DNA from: an uncultured Candidatus Rokubacteria bacterium
GTDB lineage: Bacteria; Methylomirabilota; Methylomirabilia; Rokubacteriales; CSP1-6
Assembly (NCBI GenBank): GCA_963754315.1
Contig: CAVWFS010000007.1
Span: forward strand, 192,001-256,000
Length of the DNA stretch: 64,000 nucleotides
Reading direction: 5' to 3'
The translations under genes and the position numbers were made by a program. Below the pieces are notes generated by a model. The model saw nothing but the letters and a program-made list of their open reading frames with translations. It was not told the origin of the DNA and did no database searches. Shown here piece by piece: positions 11,041-20,825 of the stretch (positions are counted from its first letter, which is position 1; each line of letters opens with the position of its first letter).

Positions 11041-11070
11041 ACTATACGCCCTCGCCGCGGGCACCGTCAA
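11041..11070 (-). promoter_or_regulatory. Sigma70-type promoter of the leader transcript
   Basis: TTGACG (11070-11065), 18-nt spacer, TATAGT (11046-11041), 8 nt before the leader ATG. Confidence 0.75.
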
Positions 11071-11857
11071 CCTCTCCGCCGTGCTCACTGCGCGGCCGAC
11101 GCCGTCCCGGACCTTCGGCCGCGAGGACTAACGCCTCGACCGCCACCAAATGATCGCGCATGGCCTCCTCGGCGGCAGCCACGTCACGCCGCGCGACAGC
11201 GGCGAGGATGCGTCGGTGATCTTCGTGCGAGCGCTGCGGTCGGCCCGCCGTATTCAACGATTCCTCTCGACTCTGTCGAAGGAGGTCCATCACCGCGTGG
11301 GCGATGCGGGTGATGGCTTCGTTGTGAGCGGCCCGTCCGATGGCCGCGTGAAAATCGGCATCCTGGGCGAGCCCGGTGCGGCCCGCGGCAATCTCCTCCG
11401 CCTGCGCCTCGAGAATACGCTCCATCTCCTGGATTTCGTCCGGAGTGGCCCGGCTGGCCGCGAGGCCGGCGATGGCCGGCTCTAGCAGCCGGCGGGCCTC
11501 GAACAGCTCCGCCAATGCTTCGCGCTGCGACGCCATGACGAGGGCGAGCGGCTCCACCAGCCGGTCGACGGATGCCTCGCGGATGAAGGTTCCCTCCCCT
11601 GGTCGGATCTCGACGAGGCCGAGGCTCTCCAGCGACCGCAATGCCTCGCGAACCGAGGTGCGGCTCACCAGGAACTTTTCGGCCAACTCGCGCTCGGGGG
11701 GCAGCCGGTCACCGCTGACAAGGCGCCCCTCGGCGATCATCGTTTTGATCTGGCGGACGATTTCCTCGTAGATGCGCGTCGAGCGCACCGGCGCCAGATG
11801 CACAAGACGCTCGCCTTCGCGTGGGGACTCACCGCCGGCGCGACGCTCGGTCGTCAT
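11042..11857 (-). CDS. GntR family, FadR subfamily transcriptional regulator
   Basis: wHTH GDRLPPERELAEKFLVSRTSVREAL plus FCD domain (DADFHAAI, HRRIL). Confidence 0.93.
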   Translation of the reverse strand: MTTERRAGGESPREGERLVHLAPVRSTRIYEEIVRQIKTMIAEGRLVSGDRLPPERELAEKFLVSRTSVREALRSLESLGLVEIRPGEGTFIREASVDRLVEPLALVMASQREALAELFEARRLLEPAIAGLAASRATPDEIQEMERILEAQAEEIAAGRTGLAQDADFHAAIGRAAHNEAITRIAHAVMDLLRQSREESLNTAGRPQRSHEDHRRILAAVARRDVAAAEEAMRDHLVAVEALVLAAEGPGRRRPRSEHGGEVDGARGEGV

Positions 11858-11906
11858 CACGGGCACCCGCCGCGGGGCAGGATGAGCCGCAGCACGGCAG
11901 GCGGCC

Positions 11907-13424
11907 TCAGGTCTCCCGCAGCGAGGGGGAGGCAACCCTCCCGCGTCGGGCATGCCACCATGGCGTGATAACAGGTAGCACGAAGAAGAAGATCGCGAGT
12001 GCAGTGATGAGGCCGGCCAGGGGTCGCGTGACGAAGATGGCCAGGGAGCCCTGGGACATGATCAGACTTTGCCGGAGCGCATTCTCTGCGAGGTCACCCA
12101 GGACCAGGGCCAGCACCAGCGGTGCCAGCGGATAGTCGAGCTTCTTGAAGACGTATCCGATCACGCCGAAGATCAGCATGTACCACACGTCGATCATGCT
12201 GCTGTGGACGGCATAGGCGCCAATGGCGCAGATTACCACGATCAGCGGAGTGAGGATGGCGAAGGGCACGCGCAGGATGCTTGCGAAGAAGGGCACGAAG
12301 GTGAGGACCATGAGCACGCCGATGATGTTCCCGGTATACATGCTCGCGATCAGCCCCCACACGAATTCGGGCTGTTCTTTGAAGAGGAGCGGCCCTGGTT
12401 GCAAGCCCCAGATGATCAGGCCGCCCAGCATGACGGCTGCCGTGGGGGAGCCCGGGATGCCGAGCGTGATCATGGGCAGCATGGCCGCGACCCCCGCCGC
12501 GTGGGCGGCCGTCTCGGGCGCCACCACCCCTTCCAGCTCGCCGTGACCGAACCGCTCGGGGTGGCGGGAGAACCGTTTGGCGAACGCGTAGCTCATGAAG
12601 GAGGCCGGAGTGGCACCGCCCGGCTTGAAGCCCATCCAGAAGCCAATGAAGGCACCGCGCACGAAGGTTCGCGCGTAACGCGGGAGCACTTTCCACGTAT
12701 CCAGGACGACGCGCAAGTTCATGCCGGCGCGCGCGCCCTGAAATCGCAACCCCTCCTCGACGGAGAGCAGGATCTCGCCGATGCCGAACAACCCGATCAC
12801 CGCCACCACGAAATCGAAGCCCTTCATGAGGTCGGTGATGCCGAAGGTCAGGCGTAGCTGGCCGGTGACAATGTCGAGGCCCACGGTGGCCAGGATGAAG
12901 CCGAGGAGGATCGACACGAAGGACTTGAGCGGATTTCCCCCGCCGAGGCCGATGAAGCTCGAGAAGGTCAAGAGCTGGATGGCGAAAAACTCGGGCGGGC
13001 CGAACTTCAGGGCGAGCTCGGCCAGGAGGGGTGCGAAGAAGGTGATGAGCACGATCGAGAAGAAGGCCCCCACGAACGACGAGGTGAAGGCGGCGGTCAG
13101 AGCTTGCCCCCCCTGCCCCTGACGGGCGAGCGGATAGCCGTCGAAGGTCGTGGCCACCGACCACGGCTCGCCAGGAATGTTGAAGAGCACCGAGGTGATG
13201 GCGCCGCCGAAGAGGGCGCCCCAGTAGATCGACGTTAGCAGGATGATGGCCGAGGTGGGCGGCATGGTGAAGGTCAACGGCAGCAGAATGGCTACTCCGT
13301 TGGCGCCCCCCAGACCCGGAAGCACTCCGATGACCGTCCCCAAGAACACGCCGAGTACGGCCACCATGAGATTGAACGGGGTGATGGCGACGGAGAAACC
13401 GAGGCCGAGGTTCTCGAGGCCCAT
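11907..13424 (-). CDS. tctA: Tripartite tricarboxylate transporter, large permease
   Basis: GVLPGLG, NIPGEP, TTFDGYP, LGIPGS. Confidence 0.95.
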   Translation of the reverse strand: MGLENLGLGFSVAITPFNLMVAVLGVFLGTVIGVLPGLGGANGVAILLPLTFTMPPTSAIILLTSIYWGALFGGAITSVLFNIPGEPWSVATTFDGYPLARQGQGGQALTAAFTSSFVGAFFSIVLITFFAPLLAELALKFGPPEFFAIQLLTFSSFIGLGGGNPLKSFVSILLGFILATVGLDIVTGQLRLTFGITDLMKGFDFVVAVIGLFGIGEILLSVEEGLRFQGARAGMNLRVVLDTWKVLPRYARTFVRGAFIGFWMGFKPGGATPASFMSYAFAKRFSRHPERFGHGELEGVVAPETAAHAAGVAAMLPMITLGIPGSPTAAVMLGGLIIWGLQPGPLLFKEQPEFVWGLIASMYTGNIIGVLMVLTFVPFFASILRVPFAILTPLIVVICAIGAYAVHSSMIDVWYMLIFGVIGYVFKKLDYPLAPLVLALVLGDLAENALRQSLIMSQGSLAIFVTRPLAGLITALAIFFFVLPVITPWWHARRGRVASPSLRET

Positions 13425-13427
13425 CCC

Positions 13428-13889
13428 TCAGTACCCCAGCCAGAATTCCAGCGGCCCTTTGGGCATGGGGACCAGGAACCACCGCTCGAAGATCAGGAAG
13501 GCCACGACCGTGGTACCGAGGGCACAGCCGAGGATCGCGGGCCACGAGTGGCGGCCGATCCAGCGCATGTAGACCGCGATGTACAGGGCGGCGGAGACGT
13601 AGAGACCGAGCCACTGCATGAGCAGCACGAGGCTGAGGGCCGGGAGGAGAACCTTGAGAACGGAGCCGAGTCTGGCCCGGCTGACGAAGGGTTTCGACGA
13701 CGCGTGCACCAGGGTCTGGACCACGATGGCGGCGCACGCGCCGAGGAGCAGGAGGGCGAGCCAGAAGGGGAAGAAGCCGCTCTGGGGGCCATCGGTGCCC
13801 CAACCGATGCCGAGGCGGACGGCGTCGGTTAGCACGACGCCGCCCACCAGCATCAGCAGCGAGGCGGTGATCAGGTCGGCAACGCGCAT
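13428..13889 (-). CDS. tctB: Tripartite tricarboxylate transporter, small subunit
   Basis: About four TM helices, GPQSGFFP, C-terminal VPMPKG; lies between tctC and tctA. Confidence 0.9.
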   Translation of the reverse strand: MRVADLITASLLMLVGGVVLTDAVRLGIGWGTDGPQSGFFPFWLALLLLGACAAIVVQTLVHASSKPFVSRARLGSVLKVLLPALSLVLLMQWLGLYVSAALYIAVYMRWIGRHSWPAILGCALGTTVVAFLIFERWFLVPMPKGPLEFWLGY

Positions 13890-14870
13890 CTACTTCTTCA
13901 GCAGGCCGCCTTTTGTCATCAGATCCTTGTGGAGCTGCTCGGCGCCCTCCACCCACTTCACGTACTCGGGCCCGCTGGTGAAGGCTCCCTTGAGTGCTCC
14001 CTTGTGGAGGTAGTCCTGGAACTCCGGGGTGTCGTAGACCTTCTTGAGAAAGTCGATGTACCAATCCACCGCATCCTTGGGCATGTCGGGGGGGCCGAAG
14101 ATCCCGCGGAGCATTTGATACTGGATGTCGATCCCGAGCGCCTCCTTGACGGTCGGGATGTCCTTCCAGTCGGCGTCGGGGATGCGTTCGGGATCGAACA
14201 CGGCGAGCGGGCGGACCCGGCCTCCCTTCCAGTGGCTCACGCACTCGATGGGATTGTTCACGGTGGAGTCGACGTGCTTGCCCACTAGGTTGACGCAGAC
14301 TTCGCCACCGCCCTTGAACGGCACGTAGGTGAACTTGCCCCCCAGCCCCTGCTCGAGCTGGATGGTGATGATCTGGTCTTCTTGGGCGGAGCCCGTCCCC
14401 GCCATCTTCATGCGGTTGTCGCCGCCGGATCGCTCCTTGACGGCCGCGACGTACTCTTTGGCCGTCTTGTACGGCGTCTCCGCATTGACCCACAGGATGA
14501 ACCGGTCCAGGGCCAGCCGCGCGATCGGCGTCAAATCACGCCAGTTGAAGGGCACTCCGGTATGCAGCGGGGTCGTAAAGAGATTCGACAGGGTGATGAT
14601 GATTGTGTGGGCGTCGCCCTTCTTCCCCTTGACGTACAGAAAGCCCTCCGCCCCCGCGCCGCCGGACTTGTTGACCACGATGATGGGCCGGGGCGAGAGC
14701 TTGTGCTTTTCGGCGATGCCGGCAATGAGGCGTGCCATTTGATCGGCGCCGCCCCCCGTGCCAGCGGGGACCACGAACTCGATGGGTCGGGTCGGTTCCC
14801 AGGCCTGGGCCGGCATGACCCCGCCGAGCAGCGCCCACACGAACAGGCTGACGAGTGCAGTCAATCGCAT
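13890..14870 (-). CDS. tctC: TTT substrate-binding protein (Bug/TctC)
   Basis: Signal peptide, VPAGTGGGAD, VNKSGGAG, VPFKGGG; start after GGAGG. Confidence 0.93.
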   Translation of the reverse strand: MRLTALVSLFVWALLGGVMPAQAWEPTRPIEFVVPAGTGGGADQMARLIAGIAEKHKLSPRPIIVVNKSGGAGAEGFLYVKGKKGDAHTIIITLSNLFTTPLHTGVPFNWRDLTPIARLALDRFILWVNAETPYKTAKEYVAAVKERSGGDNRMKMAGTGSAQEDQIITIQLEQGLGGKFTYVPFKGGGEVCVNLVGKHVDSTVNNPIECVSHWKGGRVRPLAVFDPERIPDADWKDIPTVKEALGIDIQYQMLRGIFGPPDMPKDAVDWYIDFLKKVYDTPEFQDYLHKGALKGAFTSGPEYVKWVEGAEQLHKDLMTKGGLLKK

Positions 14871-15025
14871 TCGCCGATCCTCCTCTCCAGTGAGAAAGAA
14901 CTCGAGCATTGAACGACGCGCGGGCAGGCACAGTTCCGCCTTTGTTCGTGACTGCAGCTGCAAGACGCTTGCCGCCGACCCCGTGCTCCTCGCCGCCCGG
15001 TTTACCGAGAAGCAGCGAACGCAGT

Positions 15026-15054
15026 GGGAGCGCCCGGAAAACCCGGACGCTCCC
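15026..15054. terminator. Strong intergenic hairpin (terminator or mRNA stabiliser)
   Basis: GGGAGCGCCCGG-AAAAC-CCGGACGCTCCC; no U tract. Confidence 0.4.
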
Positions 15055-15116
15055 TCGCACGAACAGCTTGGATACCTCCGTGGGGTCTAATCCCCGGCGG
15101 GGGCCGGAGTTTTTCC

Positions 15117-16151
15117 TTACTGCCGATTCAGGGCCGCCCGGGTCGCCTCAGACCTGCGGAAGGGAATGACGGCCGGAATCTCCCACTTCTCCCACATCTC
15201 GTCGACCTTGGCCTGAAAATAGGCCAGGTCTTCCTCCGTGAAGTGGGCGAAGCGCCCCTGCTTCAGCAGGTACTCGCGGACGGGCTTCCGGGCGCGCCCT
15301 TCGACCAGGGCCTTGGTCTTGCCGTAGTACTTCAGCACTCCATCCTCGACCTCGTAGAGGGGGAAGATGCCCGTCTCGATCGCCAGCTCCCCCAGCTCGT
15401 GCGAGAGCATGGGGTCGTAGTCCCAGCCCTTCGGACACGGATCGAGCGAGTGAATGAAGGTCGGGCCTCCGATGCTCAGCGCGCGGCGGACCTTGTTCAT
15501 CATTTCCACTGCATAGGAGGCACACACGGTGGCCACGTACCGGCACTCCGGATGGCCAGCGGCCATCATGCCGGCCATGTTCTTCTTCCAACGGGTATGA
15601 ATGAGGCGCTTCACGACGCCGGGTGGGCTGAAGGTCGTGTTGGCGCCATAGGGAGTCATGCCGGACAGCTGGATGTCCGTGTTGGCGTACGACTCGTTGT
15701 CGTAGAGCAGGATGAGGCTGTTGAACTCCTTGTGAGTCAAAGTGGCCGAGATGCCGTTGAGGCCCATGTCAGCCCCGCCCCCGTCGCCGCAGAAGGCAAT
15801 GACGTTGATGGGTTCGGCCTTCATCTTGCCCTTCGACATGAGCGCCTTGAGGCCCGCCGCCGTGCCCAGCGCCGCCGAGCCCGACGAGCCGAGCTGAGTG
15901 TGCATCCACGGCACCACCCAGGGCGTCGTGTAGTAGGTCGTGTTGGCCACGTACATGCACCCGGTCGAGCCGAGCACGATCGTGCGCGGCCCGGCCGCCT
16001 TCACCATGAGCTTCATGACGAGGGCCGACTCGCAGCCCTGGCAGGTCCGGTGCCCTGACGTGAAGTACTCCTCGATAGTGACCTTCTTGATACCCCGGAA
16101 CGGCTCGAGGATCTGGGTGGCGTTCGGGAACGTCGTCGTCGTGTCGGCCAT
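15117..16151 (-). CDS. 2-oxoacid:ferredoxin oxidoreductase beta subunit, oxalate oxidoreductase-like
   Basis: GHRTCQGC, TGCMYVANT, GDGG..YDNESYANT TPP motif, PCPKGW. Confidence 0.9.
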   Translation of the reverse strand: MADTTTTFPNATQILEPFRGIKKVTIEEYFTSGHRTCQGCESALVMKLMVKAAGPRTIVLGSTGCMYVANTTYYTTPWVVPWMHTQLGSSGSAALGTAAGLKALMSKGKMKAEPINVIAFCGDGGGADMGLNGISATLTHKEFNSLILLYDNESYANTDIQLSGMTPYGANTTFSPPGVVKRLIHTRWKKNMAGMMAAGHPECRYVATVCASYAVEMMNKVRRALSIGGPTFIHSLDPCPKGWDYDPMLSHELGELAIETGIFPLYEVEDGVLKYYGKTKALVEGRARKPVREYLLKQGRFAHFTEEDLAYFQAKVDEMWEKWEIPAVIPFRRSEATRAALNRQ

Positions 16152-16162
16152 AGGTGTTTCTC

Positions 16163-17393
16163 CTATTCGCGGACGCCAAGCCAATGGGTCTTGGTGTCGG
16201 ACTTCCCGGAGTTCGCGGCACTGTAACACAGCTCCGTGGCCCGGTAGACATCCTCGAGCGTCACTTCCCGTCCGCCCAGGCCACCGATGAAGCTGAGCAG
16301 CGGAGGGCGTCGGGCCGCGTTGTACAGCGAGGCCCGGATTTCATTGGCCACCACGCCCGAGTTGAAGGGTGAGCCGAAGGAGTAGTCGCGATCGATGACC
16401 CCGATGGCCTGGGCACGGGAGAGGGCGGCCACGAGCTTGTCCGTCGGGAAGGGCCGGAACCAGCGCAGGCGCACCAGCCCCACCTTCTTGCCCTGGGCGC
16501 GCATGGTGCGGATGCCCGACCTTGATGGGCAGCGAGATGGTGCCCATTCCCACCAGGATGATCTCCGCGTCGTCCGTCATGTACTCCTCGAACCACGGAT
16601 TCTCGGGGCCACGGCCGAACACGCGACGGAAGTCCACGTAGGCTTCCTCGATGACCGTGGAGGCGCGCTTCATGGCCTCGTCGTTCTGACGTCGGATCTC
16701 GATGACCCAGTCTTCGTTGGCCTGCGGGGCCACCGTGATCGGGTTGTCGGGGTGGAGCAGCAGGTCGCCGCGGTCATAGCGCGGCAGGAACTGATCGACC
16801 TTCGCCTTGGGAGGGACGAGGGTCAGAGCCTGCGAGTGGGTCAGGAAGGCTCCGTCGGCCGAGATGGCCAGCGGCAGGAACACGCGCCGGTCCTCGGCCA
16901 CCCGATAGGCGATGAGCGTGGTGTCGAGGGCCTCCTGCGAGGTGTCGATCCACACCAGCATCCAACCAAGGTCGCGCACGAACAGCGCGTCGTTATGCTC
17001 GACGCCGAACGCGCCAGGATCGTCCAGCGCGCGGTTTCCGACCAGGGCCACCATGGGCACGCGCAGGGGCGGCGTCACCACCAAGCATTCCATGGCGTAG
17101 GCCCAGCCCACGCCCGAAGACCCGCAGAAGACGCGCGCCCCTACCGTGGAGGCGTGCTTGACGATCTCGAACTGGCTGTGCTCGCCCTCGGCCACGATGT
17201 ACTCGGCCACGAGCTGGCCGTTGGAGATCTTCTTGGCGATGGCCTGCATGACCGTGTCATAGGGCCGGATCGGATACGCCGTGACCACGTCGAGATCGGC
17301 GAGGACGAGGGCTTCCGCGACGGCCTCGCTGCCGGATATGAGAAGCTCTTTGTCCTCGGTGGCGGCCGCCGCCGCCGTCGTTACCGTTGCCAT
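16163..17393 (-). CDS. 2-oxoacid:ferredoxin oxidoreductase alpha subunit (YPIRP type), frameshifted at ~16516
   Basis: AYPIRP, EGEHS, GSSGVG in ORF 16341-17393; C-terminus RLRWFRPFP..GGLGG in ORF 16163-16504. Confidence 0.88.
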
Positions 17394-17417
17394 GTATCGG
17401 TCTCCTCCCTGGCTCGG

Positions 17418-18680
17418 TTAGGCGCCCGGAGCCTCGGCCACGCCCGTCACGATGGACGAGGCCGCCTCCGCCTCGAGGACCTTATGCTTGGCGTTTTCCC
17501 CCGGAATTCCATCGGAGATCTCGATGCCACCCATGTCACGCTCGGCCGCAAGCTCCTTTTCATACTGGCCGCGGAAGCGGAAGCCGTGCGAGCGCACGGT
17601 GGCCTGCTTGTCGGAGATCTTGTTGGTCATCCAGACCTTGTAGCCGTCCTTATCTTCGCGCCACATCTCCCACTGGCTCGCGTTGTCCTCGAAGAGCGCC
17701 TCGTTGACCATGGTGATGCAATTCTCGACGGGGCAGACCGCCTCGCACACGCCACAGCCGCAGCACGCTTCCATGTTGGCGTCGAAGGTCGCGTCCGGCA
17801 TGACGTCAAAGCACGAGTCCGGGCAGGCGATCCAGCACAGGTTGCACTTGACGCAGGTGTCGAAGTCGATCACGGGTCGCATGGTCCGCGTCGTGTACTT
17901 CTTGAAGTACGGGTTCCGCTCAGGCACGTACCCCTTCCCGTCCTCCTTCGGCTTGCCCAAGGGGATGGCCGGGATGGTGACCCCCTCGCGCATCTCCCAC
18001 CACTTCGGCATCTCGAAGGAGAACGGCACCTCGTCGTTGCCCTCGGTGATCTTGACCTCGCGCGTCTCCAGCCGGTCGTAGGCCTTGCGGGCGGAGGCGA
18101 CCTTCAAGTCCGAGCCCCACTCGATCTCCTTGATGGCCTGCGCGACCGCGTCGAGGCTGAGAAAGTCGGGCGCGAGCCGGGCGAGAGCCCCGAGGATCCG
18201 AACTTCCGTGTGGTCTTCCTTGTAGACCCAGAGCCCGGAGAACGAGGCCTTGGCACGGATGAGCGTCAGCTTCCAGGGGACGTCCTTCTTGTGAATGTCC
18301 TTGAGGAGGCCATCGAACGATTGCAGCGAGGGCATGAGCACGGTGCCGTTGGGGACGGTCAAGCGGTTGATGGGCTGCAGCCCATACCACGCCCACGACT
18401 CGACGCCCTTGGCCAGGGTGTCATCTAGACACACCGTGATGTCGGTATGCTTTGGCTCGTAGCGAGCCATGTTTTGCTCGAGCTCTTCCTTCGTATCCGC
18501 CACGATGGCGAAGTCCTTGGCGGGAATGCCGTTTCGCTGAGGACTATCCCCGTAGCGCCCGAAGGCAATCCCCCACCGTCCGGCCTTCCGGGCGGACAGC
18601 ACGATGCCCCGCGTGATCCGCGAAGCCAGGTTTTTCTGGAAGATGCCGCGGTACACCACCTCACAGATCAGGGCGGACAT
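17418..18680 (-). CDS. 2-oxoacid:ferredoxin oxidoreductase gamma-delta fusion subunit
   Basis: N-terminal gamma-like domain plus two 4Fe-4S motifs CVKCNLCWIACP and CCGCGVCEAVCP. Confidence 0.88.
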   Translation of the reverse strand: MSALICEVVYRGIFQKNLASRITRGIVLSARKAGRWGIAFGRYGDSPQRNGIPAKDFAIVADTKEELEQNMARYEPKHTDITVCLDDTLAKGVESWAWYGLQPINRLTVPNGTVLMPSLQSFDGLLKDIHKKDVPWKLTLIRAKASFSGLWVYKEDHTEVRILGALARLAPDFLSLDAVAQAIKEIEWGSDLKVASARKAYDRLETREVKITEGNDEVPFSFEMPKWWEMREGVTIPAIPLGKPKEDGKGYVPERNPYFKKYTTRTMRPVIDFDTCVKCNLCWIACPDSCFDVMPDATFDANMEACCGCGVCEAVCPVENCITMVNEALFEDNASQWEMWREDKDGYKVWMTNKISDKQATVRSHGFRFRGQYEKELAAERDMGGIEISDGIPGENAKHKVLEAEAASSIVTGVAEAPGA

Positions 18681-18746
18681 TCGTTCCTCCTCGGGCGTTC
18701 CTCATCGGAGGCCTGGTGCGCGGCTCCGTGACGGGCGCCGGTCAGA

Positions 18747-18786
18747 TGGCTAGACCAGAGCATACTGGACCTCGTGACGCTGTCAA
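18747..18786 (-). promoter_or_regulatory. Oxidoreductase operon promoter with a FadR-type operator at the transcription start
   Basis: TTGACA (18786-18781), 16 nt, TATGCT (18764-18759), then near-palindrome TGGTCTAGCCA (18757-18747). Confidence 0.6.
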
Positions 18787-18893
18787 GAACTCAATCGTCA
18801 GACGCGGCCTTTTCGAAGTAGAGTGAGCGGTCGGGGCGACCGTTACGGGCTCCCGTCTCGACCGTTACGGGCACCCGTCCAAGGAGGCCTAAC

Positions 18894-19304
18894 GTGAGCA
18901 TGGTACAGGAGTTCCGTGAGTTCGCCATCAAGGGTAACGTGGTCGACCTTGCCGTGGGCGTCATCATCGGGGTAGCCTTCGGCAAGATCGTCAACGCGCT
19001 GGTGACGGGCGTCATCATGCCGCCCATCGGGCTGCTCCTGGGTGGTGTCGACTTTTCCAGCTTCGCGATAACCCTGAAACCGGCCTCGGAAGTGGCCGGC
19101 AAGGCCGTGCCGGCGGTCCTGCTTCAGGTCGGTGTCTTCATCAATACGATCATCGAGTTCGCCATCGTTGCCTTCGCCGTCTTCCTCTTCGTCAAGGCCG
19201 TCAATGCTGCCCGTCGCCAGCCGCCACCTGCTCCCCCGCCGCCCCGCGAGGAGGTCCTGCTGACAGAAATCCGCGACCTCCTGCGGAGCCAGACGCGAAA
19301 GTAA
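18894..19304 (+). CDS. mscL: Large-conductance mechanosensitive channel
   Basis: [30 protein letters not shown]. Confidence 0.97.
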   Translation: MSMVQEFREFAIKGNVVDLAVGVIIGVAFGKIVNALVTGVIMPPIGLLLGGVDFSSFAITLKPASEVAGKAVPAVLLQVGVFINTIIEFAIVAFAVFLFVKAVNAARRQPPPAPPPPREEVLLTEIRDLLRSQTRK

Positions 19305-19337
19305 GCCGATCGTCAGGGCGCTGGTCCGCCTTTTGAG

Positions 19338-20129
19338 TCAATCCACGCGAGCGAGGAGTCCCGTGATGGCCCGCGTGAACTCCGCTGGCTGCTCGATATT
19401 CGACAGGTGCGCGGCCGACTTGATGATCACCAGGTCGGACCCGGCGATCTTTTCGTGCATGGTGCGCGAGGCCGCGACCGGGGTCCCCTGATCGTCCTCG
19501 CCGACCACGATCAAGGTCGGGGTCTTGATGGCCGCGATCTTGTCGGTCAGGTCCAATGCGGAAATGGCTTGGCAGCAGCCCGCGTATCCGGCGGGCTTGG
19601 TGGAGCGAATCATGACCCGAACCCGATCCACCAGATCCTTGTGCGAAGCCACGAAGGGCGCCGTGAACCAGCGATTGATGGTGGGCTCGACCAGCGGCTC
19701 CATGCCCTGCGTTTCGGCGGTCTTGATGCGCTCGGCCCACAGGGGCTTCGCCTCGGCGGGTATCCGGCTCGAGGTGTCACACAGGCTTAGGCTCGAGAAC
19801 AGGCTGGGAGACCCGAGGGCCAGGGTCTGCCCGATCATGCCCCCCATCGACAGGCCGATCCAGTGCGTGCGCGTGATGCCGAGCGCGCTCAACAGCGCCT
19901 TGGCGTCCGCGGCAAGCTGGTCGAGCGTATAGGCCCCCGCCGGCGCATCGGTCCCGCCGTGGCCGCGGGTGTCGTAGCGCAGCACCCGGTAGCGCGCGGT
20001 GAGCGTCGCCATCTGGGGGTCCCACATCGACAGGTCGGTCGCCAGCGAGTGGCTCAGGGTGACGACAGGGGCCTGAGGAGGGCCATCGAGGGTGTAGTTG
20101 ACCGTAATCCCGTTTGCGCTGATCTTCAT
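19338..20129 (-). CDS. Alpha/beta hydrolase, 3-oxoadipate enol-lactonase (PcaD)-like
   Basis: YDTRGHG, GLSMGG nucleophile elbow, AAHLSNIEQP. Confidence 0.85.
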   Translation of the reverse strand: MKISANGITVNYTLDGPPQAPVVTLSHSLATDLSMWDPQMATLTARYRVLRYDTRGHGGTDAPAGAYTLDQLAADAKALLSALGITRTHWIGLSMGGMIGQTLALGSPSLFSSLSLCDTSSRIPAEAKPLWAERIKTAETQGMEPLVEPTINRWFTAPFVASHKDLVDRVRVMIRSTKPAGYAGCCQAISALDLTDKIAAIKTPTLIVVGEDDQGTPVAASRTMHEKIAGSDLVIIKSAAHLSNIEQPAEFTRAITGLLARVD

Positions 20130-20192
20130 GACTCGCCTCCTGGTTCGATGGCAGCGCGCGCGGCTGCGCGCCCGCATCCAGTGGTGATGGCT

Positions 20193-20825
20193 CTATGAAG
20201 TGGTGCCATTGCTGGAGGTTGCCGGCGGGCCCCCCATACGCTGGGCGACCAGCTGACAGAAGTAGCGATGAACGGCCAGGTCATCGGTCAATTCTGGATG
20301 GAACGTCGCCACCAGGACGCTCCCTTCCCTGGCCATGACGGGTTCTCCACCCCGGGTCGCCAGCACGGCTACGTGGCTACCCAGGCGACGGATTCGGGGC
20401 GCGCGGATGAAGACCATCTCGAGCGGAGTAACGCTCCCGTCCAAGATGGCCTCCCCGCGCTCCTCGAATGACTCGCGTTGCCGTCCGTAGGCATTGCGTT
20501 CCACGGTGGCATCGATGAATCCGAGCGAGAACTGTCGGGGATTCTCGACCTCGGCGGCCAGCAGGATCAACCCCGCGCACGTGCCGAAGATGGGTCGCCC
20601 GGCAGCATGGAACTCCCGCAGGGCAGGCACGAACCCCCAGTCCTCCATCAGCTTGAGGAGGGTCGTGCTCTCGCCGCCCGGCACGATGAGACCGTCGAGG
20701 GCGGCGAGCTCCTCGGGCTTGCGCACTTGCACGCTCTCGACGCCGCAGCGCGCGAGGGCCGCGCCGTGAGCCTCAAAATCGCCCTGGAGGGCGAGGACGC
20801 CGATTCTCGGCGATCTACCAGCCAC
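20193..20825 (-). CDS. pdxT: PLP synthase glutaminase subunit
   Basis: [26 protein letters not shown]. Confidence 0.96.
   Translation of the reverse strand: MAGRSPRIGVLALQGDFEAHGAALARCGVESVQVRKPEELAALDGLIVPGGESTTLLKLMEDWGFVPALREFHAAGRPIFGTCAGLILLAAEVENPRQFSLGFIDATVERNAYGRQRESFEERGEAILDGSVTPLEMVFIRAPRIRRLGSHVAVLATRGGEPVMAREGSVLVATFHPELTDDLAVHRYFCQLVAQRMGGPPATSSNGTTS

Noticed and set aside
19338..20129. Beta-ketoadipate pathway
   Set aside because: Lone PcaD-like hydrolase with no other pca/cat genes in the window.
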